Shown one piece after another: positions 58,926 to 64,000 of a DNA stretch of 64,000 nucleotides. Made by a program: the position numbers and the translations under genes. The DNA lies in the sequence record PX393110.1. The stretch is one strand, 5' to 3'. Position 1 is the stretch's first letter; every line of letters starts with the position of its first letter. This DNA comes from a phage. A model generated the notes under the pieces. That model had not been told where the DNA came from and did not search any database. It saw only the letters and a list, made by a program, of their open reading frames with translations.

Positions 58926-58936
58926 TGTAGATTAAT

Positions 58937-59179
58937 TTAGTTATGACGATTCCACATCTCGACCATAAGCCCCAGCTCACGATCAGCAACTGCTTCATCT
59001 TCCATATCTAAATCAGTAACCACTTCATGGTCGTCCCATTTACAGTTAGGACACTCCAGATGTAAGTGGTTATTCTCGTCAAGACGTAGAGTGGGGTGCT
59101 CTTTACAGTTATAGCATACCTTCACTATCCCTGCCTTACACACTCCCTCTAGTTTGATGTTTAATTTCATCAAGTCCAT
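58937..59179 (-). CDS. Small zinc-ribbon protein
   Basis: 80 aa; CYNC...CPNC pairs. Confidence 0.45.
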   Translation of the reverse strand: MDLMKLNIKLEGVCKAGIVKVCYNCKEHPTLRLDENNHLHLECPNCKWDDHEVVTDLDMEDEAVADRELGLMVEMWNRHN

Positions 59180-59733
59180 CAGATACTCCGTACAAATAAT
59201 TCCCGGAATGGTTTAATTACCTTCTCTACTTCAGCATCCATCTTGGTTTCTGACTTACCAGATAAGATATTGAAAAGAGATACACGAACGGCCTCCCGAA
59301 CCGACTCTTGAGTCATATCGACCTTGCCTTCATACGCTGAATAAATAGTCTGGCAGTTGCTAAGTAAAAATACTAGCTCTACCGCCTGATGAACGACTTC
59401 TTGATACTGCTGGTCGCGCTCGATAGCTTCGTTCATCTTAGGAGTGTGTGGATTATCGCAGATTTCCCAGGTCTTTACGATATCAGGATTAGCGAATACA
59501 TCGGACGATTTAATACCTATCGACACTTTAAGTAGACGGTGCTTAATACCGTTATTGGTAATAGTCAGATCGTGCATAGCATGACGAAGAGCTTGCTCGA
59601 ATTCAAAGCTAGACTCTCGGACTACTATATCATAGCTCTCAGCCTGGTCGATAGGACGGACTGTTAGAACGAGTACTGCTGTACCTCCCAACATACCGAT
59701 TAGGTTGTCTATATCCATATTACTCAAAGTCAT
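59179..59733 (-). CDS. hypothetical protein (184 aa)
   Basis: ORF track; start/stop overlaps with neighbours. Confidence 0.45.
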   Translation of the reverse strand: MTLSNMDIDNLIGMLGGTAVLVLTVRPIDQAESYDIVVRESSFEFEQALRHAMHDLTITNNGIKHRLLKVSIGIKSSDVFANPDIVKTWEICDNPHTPKMNEAIERDQQYQEVVHQAVELVFLLSNCQTIYSAYEGKVDMTQESVREAVRVSLFNILSGKSETKMDAEVEKVIKPFRELFVRSI

Positions 59734-60092
59734 TTCTTTACCTTCTTATAGAACTTGTGGTCGCCTATTCTGGCTGTCATTCTATAGCCCTTCCAGTTAG
59801 GCCTAACCTTTACATTATGAAAGTGAGTAGCCCCGAATGTGGGATCTTCACTGTATTTAACTCTTGCCGCAATATGAATAGCAGATGCCTTAGATTTAGG
59901 ATCTTTCATATTCTGGTAAGAGATGTGACGGTACCACGGAAAGGTATTCCTGTTTTTAACTACCTTACATGGGCTTATACCGTATTTCTTCGCTCGGTTG
60001 AGTACCACGTGGGCTACAGCTAACTGCCCACGTTCCGACTCTCCCCTGGCCTCATAGTAGACGACCATAGCTACGCAATCGGCAGAAGTCAT
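59730..60092 (-). CDS. Cell-wall hydrolase, SleB/CwlJ-like (Hydrolase_2 family)
   Basis: MVVYYEARGESERGQLAVAHVVLNR matches the conserved N-terminal motif of SleB-type hydrolases. Confidence 0.55.
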   Translation of the reverse strand: MTSADCVAMVVYYEARGESERGQLAVAHVVLNRAKKYGISPCKVVKNRNTFPWYRHISYQNMKDPKSKASAIHIAARVKYSEDPTFGATHFHNVKVRPNWKGYRMTARIGDHKFYKKVKK

Positions 60093-60123
60093 AGTTCATT
60101 CCAAATTAATCATCCGTGACGGA

Positions 60124-60501
60124 TTACAGAGATTTCTCTGTGGTGGGCTCTTCCAGTAGCCCACCCAGAGCTGAGAATACCATGTTCACCGAGTCGTCAA
60201 TCTCTTTGATTAACGATTGGAGATTATTGGTATCTGCGACCATGCCTCTGACCTGGTCGCTAATATCAGCCGCACCCAACTTAGTACCTTCACCAGCCAG
60301 ACTGTCGATTAAACGAACTTTGGCCTTATTTAACTGGTCGATTTTATCCTGGATAGCAGCTTTACGCTGATTACATGCCAGAACTATGATTTGTTTTAAA
60401 TCAACCTGGCTAGCATAGCTCTCGCGGAAGCGCTTTACCAGATTAGCTTCGTCGATTACCGGCAGAGCCTCTGGATGAGGTCCGTTGAATGCGTTGTACA
60501 T
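60124..60501 (-). CDS. hypothetical protein (125 aa)
   Basis: ORF track; co-oriented. Confidence 0.4.
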   Translation of the reverse strand: MYNAFNGPHPEALPVIDEANLVKRFRESYASQVDLKQIIVLACNQRKAAIQDKIDQLNKAKVRLIDSLAGEGTKLGAADISDQVRGMVADTNNLQSLIKEIDDSVNMVFSALGGLLEEPTTEKSL

Positions 60502-60513
60502 AATTTCTCCTAA

Positions 60514-61137
60514 TTAGAAACGATCGCGACCTATGATTGGTGCGACTGGTTTAAAGTCAGTCTGGTCGTAACCTTTGTAAAGGTCGTAGCCACCACCAGC
60601 AACCTCAGTAAAGTAAATCTGACCGATGCGCATGTTAGAACGCAGTCGGATAGTGTTAGGGCTTAGGTTAACAATCTCTAGAGTAAATGCTCCCTTGAAT
60701 CCAAAGTCCCCGAAACCTGCACTGACATGGCTCAGTATTCCCAGACGACCCATAGTGCTGCGACCGTCGTAATGCTGACAGAATGCCACACCACGGTCTA
60801 CAGTGCTGTTACGGTATCGTGGGTCATAATGCTCGAACCACTTCTCAGGCAACATGGTAGTACAGTCGATACGTTCAGATGCTGAGCCTAAGATGAACTC
60901 CCCAGGTTTAAGATCGTAGTATAGTGCCTCTACCTCGCGATACTCCGGAAGAGTACATGGTTTATAGGGATCTACTACATGGCCATCAGGCATCTTTTGA
61001 GGAACCAGGAAGAACGGAGCTAAGCGTACATCTACACTATTCTGTCCGATTCGTGGTTCCTGATTGTCCAGATAACTGTGATAGGTCCATAATCCTTGAG
61101 TAATTGCCTGCTCAATATAAGATTTACCAAGGATCAT
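60514..61137 (-). CDS. dcd: dCTP deaminase family protein
   Basis: VDVRLAP and GRSTMGRLGILSHVSAGFGDFGFKGAFTLEIVNLS align with the dCTP deaminase/dUTPase-fold signature. Confidence 0.65.
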   Translation of the reverse strand: MILGKSYIEQAITQGLWTYHSYLDNQEPRIGQNSVDVRLAPFFLVPQKMPDGHVVDPYKPCTLPEYREVEALYYDLKPGEFILGSASERIDCTTMLPEKWFEHYDPRYRNSTVDRGVAFCQHYDGRSTMGRLGILSHVSAGFGDFGFKGAFTLEIVNLSPNTIRLRSNMRIGQIYFTEVAGGGYDLYKGYDQTDFKPVAPIIGRDRF

Positions 61138-61340
61138 TACGGATGCTCCAGCATGTTCTTAACAGATTCTTCATCTGTAGCTTCTACAGTAGCATTATTA
61201 TTATTATTATTATTATTATTCTTGAATGTGCCCCAGATATCATCAGACACGATCATAGTCTTGGGAGCTAAGTGCTCCGAACGAATAACCGTAATCTGGT
61301 TACGATTAAGATCCTTAGTTAGTTGCTCAATATCCATCAT
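61137..61340 (-). CDS. Small protein with a 9-residue poly-Asn tract (start refined)
   Basis: The track ORF begins at a TTG at 61391; ATG-ATG at 61340 has GAGGAA upstream; the poly-N is encoded by (AAT)9. Confidence 0.35.
   Translation of the reverse strand: MMDIEQLTKDLNRNQITVIRSEHLAPKTMIVSDDIWGTFKNNNNNNNNNATVEATDEESVKNMLEHP
61184..61210 (-). repeat. Perfect trinucleotide repeat (AAT)9, i.e. (ATT)9 on the plus strand, inside a CDS
   Basis: 27 bp of uninterrupted ATT units read directly from the sequence. Confidence 0.95.
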
Positions 61341-61422
61341 ATTCCTCGGTTCTATGGTAGAATAACATTGACCTCTCCGCAAAGAGGTCAATAGTAATTA
61401 CCGTAGTCTAACTACCCCAGGA

Positions 61423-61893
61423 TTACTTAATCCCGGAATGGCCAAACCCACCGTCGCCACGTTCAGAAACATCAGAGAATTTATCCACAAGCTGGAGCTC
61501 TGGATGGATAACGGGAAGAAACACCATTTGAGCGATACGGTCGCCGTGGTTAATAACGAAAGATTCGTTACTACGGTTCCACACAGACACCATCAGTTCT
61601 CCTTGATAGCCGGAGTCGATAAGACCAACCAAGTTACCCAGTACGATGCCATTTTTATGGCCGAGGCCGCTGCGGGGAAGAATCACAGAAGCGATGTTCG
61701 GATCGCCGATGTTGATCGCTAGACCGGTAGGGACCAGGATAGTTTCGCCAGGATTTACAGCGATTTTATCGATTTCGTCAGTCTTAATCATCGCACGAAG
61801 ATCAAGACCAGCATCACCAGCTTTAGCGTATTTCGGTAACTCCAGAGAGTCGTCCCAGTTAATAGTTTTCTTTACTTGAACTACGGTCATCAT
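61423..61893 (-). CDS. dut: dUTPase (deoxyuridine 5'-triphosphate nucleotidohydrolase)
   Basis: Canonical motifs [30 protein letters not shown] and C-terminal [10 protein letters not shown]. Confidence 0.9.
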   Translation of the reverse strand: MMTVVQVKKTINWDDSLELPKYAKAGDAGLDLRAMIKTDEIDKIAVNPGETILVPTGLAINIGDPNIASVILPRSGLGHKNGIVLGNLVGLIDSGYQGELMVSVWNRSNESFVINHGDRIAQMVFLPVIHPELQLVDKFSDVSERGDGGFGHSGIK

Positions 61894-62270
61894 GATGCCC
61901 TTTTGTACTGTTTAATGAATGCTGCGCAGATGCTGGTGAAGAGGTGATCTTTGACTCGATGCTCTTCCGGCAACCGTGAATATGGAACCATACACGGGTG
62001 CGTCTTAGCTGCGAGATCTTTGATTTCTCCATACTTCCAGCCCTGCTCCTTTTTAGTTTTAACCCAGAATTCATGGGACTCTTCTGGGCTGATACGGTTA
62101 TTGTGTAAGCAGTTATACGCTCCATCAATAGCCGACTGTTTTATTTCATCGGATGTTGCTTCCCAGCTTAATTGGGTGAAGTCTCCGATAGAATGGCAGT
62201 ATGCACGATTAGCTTCGTGACACACCTTAGCCACCATCAATACGATTTCTTCTCGGGTCATATGAGACAT
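61890..62270 (-). CDS. hypothetical protein (126 aa)
   Basis: ORF track; ATGA overlaps on both sides. Confidence 0.45.
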   Translation of the reverse strand: MSHMTREEIVLMVAKVCHEANRAYCHSIGDFTQLSWEATSDEIKQSAIDGAYNCLHNNRISPEESHEFWVKTKKEQGWKYGEIKDLAAKTHPCMVPYSRLPEEHRVKDHLFTSICAAFIKQYKRAS

Positions 62271-62494
62271 TATTTACCCTTGTGACGTTGCTTATTAACC
62301 TTACGGCCTTTAGCCTTCTTAGCCGCACGCTTTAATGCAGATGCTGTAGTAGTCTTAGGGCAGCTTACCTTGGTACAGGCGCGACGGAATCCGTCATAGC
62401 CTTTAGCAGACACTGCTGGGGTGGGCCACATATGACCTAATCCAGCCAGAACCATACCGATACCGCTTAACAAACCAATACGACGTGATTGCAT
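62270..62494 (-). CDS. Small basic protein with N-terminal hydrophobic segment
   Basis: 74 aa; RBS AAGGAAA; promoter-like motif directly upstream. Confidence 0.45.
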   Translation of the reverse strand: MQSRRIGLLSGIGMVLAGLGHMWPTPAVSAKGYDGFRRACTKVSCPKTTTASALKRAAKKAKGRKVNKQRHKGK

Positions 62495-62514
62495 AGAGAT
62501 TTCCTTTCCAACAG

Positions 62515-62546
62515 TTTAACAGCCTTTGGAGGCTACGAAAGAGCGG
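62515..62546 (-). promoter_or_regulatory. Conserved promoter-like motif, copy 11
   Basis: TTTAACAGCCTTTGGAGGCTACGAAAGAGCGG; its -10-like element lies about 25 nt upstream of the ATG at 62494. Confidence 0.5.
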
Positions 62547-62856
62547 AATCTTCGTCAGGTAATGAATTAACGAAGTCAGCTATAACTTGAGCATGACATG
62601 GTAACGGTAAGCAGGAGCACCCTAAAGTCTTACCCTTAAGAGTCCGTAAGTAGGAGATGCTTATGTGGCCATCTTTTACTTGCTGGTGGAACCATAGTCT
62701 GTATTTCGCGATGGCTAATGTTCGGGAACCTACGTTAATAGCGTTAGGTAAATCTTTATGGCTCCACTTATTCCCGAATATAGTACCTCTCCCAACATAT
62801 AAATCGTAGTTAGGATTGGTACGTATATTAACCACCCGACAAAGCTTACTCTCCAT
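62533..62856 (-). CDS. Possible DUF4326-like protein (start uncertain: ATG 62856 or TTG 62883)
   Basis: YDLYVGRG...GNKW...LGCSCLPLPCHAQVI pattern recalled from DUF4326-type phage proteins; the 3' end overlaps promoter-like motif copy 11. Confidence 0.3.
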   Translation of the reverse strand: MESKLCRVVNIRTNPNYDLYVGRGTIFGNKWSHKDLPNAINVGSRTLAIAKYRLWFHQQVKDGHISISYLRTLKGKTLGCSCLPLPCHAQVIADFVNSLPDEDSALS

Positions 62857-63559
62857 CTTCCACAGAGTTACCCTGCATAGCAATCATGGTATTCACCTCG
62901 TGCTCCAGATCCTGTAACTCTTTTACACGATTGATGGTGCGAACCCAAGTCTTAGCTTCCAGCATCGCATCGAACAATGCATGGTGATCAGACATAGACT
63001 CGTGCTGGCTACTCAGTTCTTCTTTAATCATGCGACGATCATCGAATGAGATCAGCTGCAGACTAGCCAGAGTGCGGTAATCTCGATTCATCCAGTGTAG
63101 GAACGGGGTCTTACGTCCTTTAGCCTTAAAGTACCAATCCAGGAATCCCTGGTCGAACTCTGGTGCGTTACCGATGAAGTTCAACATCTGGCAACCAGGA
63201 TCCTGTAGTACCTTAGCTACGTACTCTTCGATGATATCCAGAGCTTCGTCAACAGATACTGGATTAGCATATGCAGCATCACGGACGGGTTTCGGGAGAG
63301 TGTTGAGCCATTCAACTACGTTAGGGTCAGACTTCATACCCAGAGCCAGCGACTCTTCTCGATCAATAGTGAAGTAGACGTGGGAGTAGTGATCAGGACC
63401 AACCGTCACCATACCTACAGATAGAACTACCCCAGGCTCTTTAAAATCGAGATACTCGGTCTCGATGTCAATTGCGCAGTGGTAGGAGTCGTGATATGAC
63501 AGGAATCGGTTAAACAGTTTATTCGGAGCCAGATGGTGTGGCATCATCTTAGTAGACAT
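62846..63559 (-). CDS. DEDDh-type 3'-5' exonuclease (DnaQ/RNase T-like)
   Basis: Exo I motif AIDIETE near the N-terminus and Exo III-type HHALFDA near the C-terminus; RBS AAGGATAA. Confidence 0.55.
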   Translation of the reverse strand: MSTKMMPHHLAPNKLFNRFLSYHDSYHCAIDIETEYLDFKEPGVVLSVGMVTVGPDHYSHVYFTIDREESLALGMKSDPNVVEWLNTLPKPVRDAAYANPVSVDEALDIIEEYVAKVLQDPGCQMLNFIGNAPEFDQGFLDWYFKAKGRKTPFLHWMNRDYRTLASLQLISFDDRRMIKEELSSQHESMSDHHALFDAMLEAKTWVRTINRVKELQDLEHEVNTMIAMQGNSVEDGE

Positions 63560-63588
63560 CGGTTATCCTTATCAGTTGAGGTGCAACA

Positions 63589-63620
63589 ATTTAACAGCCT
63601 TTCGAGGGTAAGAAACGGCG
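63589..63620 (-). promoter_or_regulatory. Conserved promoter-like motif, copy 12
   Basis: TTTAACAGCCTTTCGAGGGTAAGAAACGGCGG, about 30 nt upstream of the ATG at 63559. Confidence 0.5.
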
Positions 63621-63623
63621 GAA

Positions 63624-63977
63624 TTAATCCTTATCCACAGTATACCCTAGACTGGTTAATAATGTATCTACTTCAACGGCATCATATACTGGAGATGCCT
63701 TACCTATTGTGATATGATCTGTGTAATGAATTTTAGGGGTAGTTACTTTACGCTCTCTACCCGATAGGAATTTTACTGCATCCTCAACATTACTATTATG
63801 ATCACCAGTCCAGCCATCATCAATAGCCATCTGAATAATACGATGATGCATAGCTCGGTTTTCAGCATTCTCTACTCTAGCCTTACTCAGATTAGCCTTA
63901 GTAGTGTCTAATTCCTGTCGTACTGAGTTATATCGATCTTCCCAGCGTCCGTCATGAATCCCAGTATCTTCAGCCAT
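63624..63977 (-). CDS. hypothetical protein (117 aa)
   Basis: ORF track; RBS AAGAAGG upstream of the ATG at 63977. Confidence 0.45.
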   Translation of the reverse strand: MAEDTGIHDGRWEDRYNSVRQELDTTKANLSKARVENAENRAMHHRIIQMAIDDGWTGDHNSNVEDAVKFLSGRERKVTTPKIHYTDHITIGKASPVYDAVEVDTLLTSLGYTVDKD

Positions 63978-64000
63978 TACGTGCCTTCTTAAGATGCCAT

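Noticed and set aside
1711-63620. Reading the 12-copy motif as terminators or as a CRISPR-like repeat array
   Set aside because: The motif has no internal dyad symmetry or U-run, so it is not a terminator. Copies are dispersed over about 60 kb with unequal spacing, all immediately upstream of genes, so it is not a CRISPR array; promoter is the better fit.

Overview
This window reads as a contiguous segment of a large virulent myovirus-type phage genome, organised in three blocks. Calls rest on reading motifs in the supplied ORF translations and the raw sequence; no database search was possible. (1) 1-18240, minus strand: replication, recombination and nucleotide-handling genes (partial topoisomerase II subunit, a single-polypeptide Mre11/SbcD-Rad50/SbcC fusion, flap endonuclease, putative SSB, DnaB-like and SF2 helicases, a GT32-like glycosyltransferase), plus two tRNA genes (Met-CAT, Arg-TCT) sitting in unusually long ORF-free, hairpin-rich stretches. 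(2) 18421-58884, plus strand: the morphogenesis block in canonical order (small and large terminase, portal, protease/scaffold, major capsid, neck, sheath, tube, chaperones, tape measure with a GH19 domain, baseplate, six consecutive tail fibre/tailspike genes including an endosialidase-like spike), ending in a lysis cassette with a GH19 endolysin and an overlapped spanin pair. (3) 58937-64000, minus strand: early genes including a SleB-like hydrolase, dCTP deaminase, dUTPase and a DEDDh exonuclease. The main regulatory signal is a roughly 32-bp motif (TTTAACAGCCTTTCGA-N-AAAAGAGCGG on the plus strand) present 12 times, always in intergenic positions upstream of minus-strand genes. The multi-tailspike arrangement with an endosialidase resembles phi92/rV5-type coliphages, but that is inference only. 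No CRISPR array, integrase, transposase or rRNA was seen.
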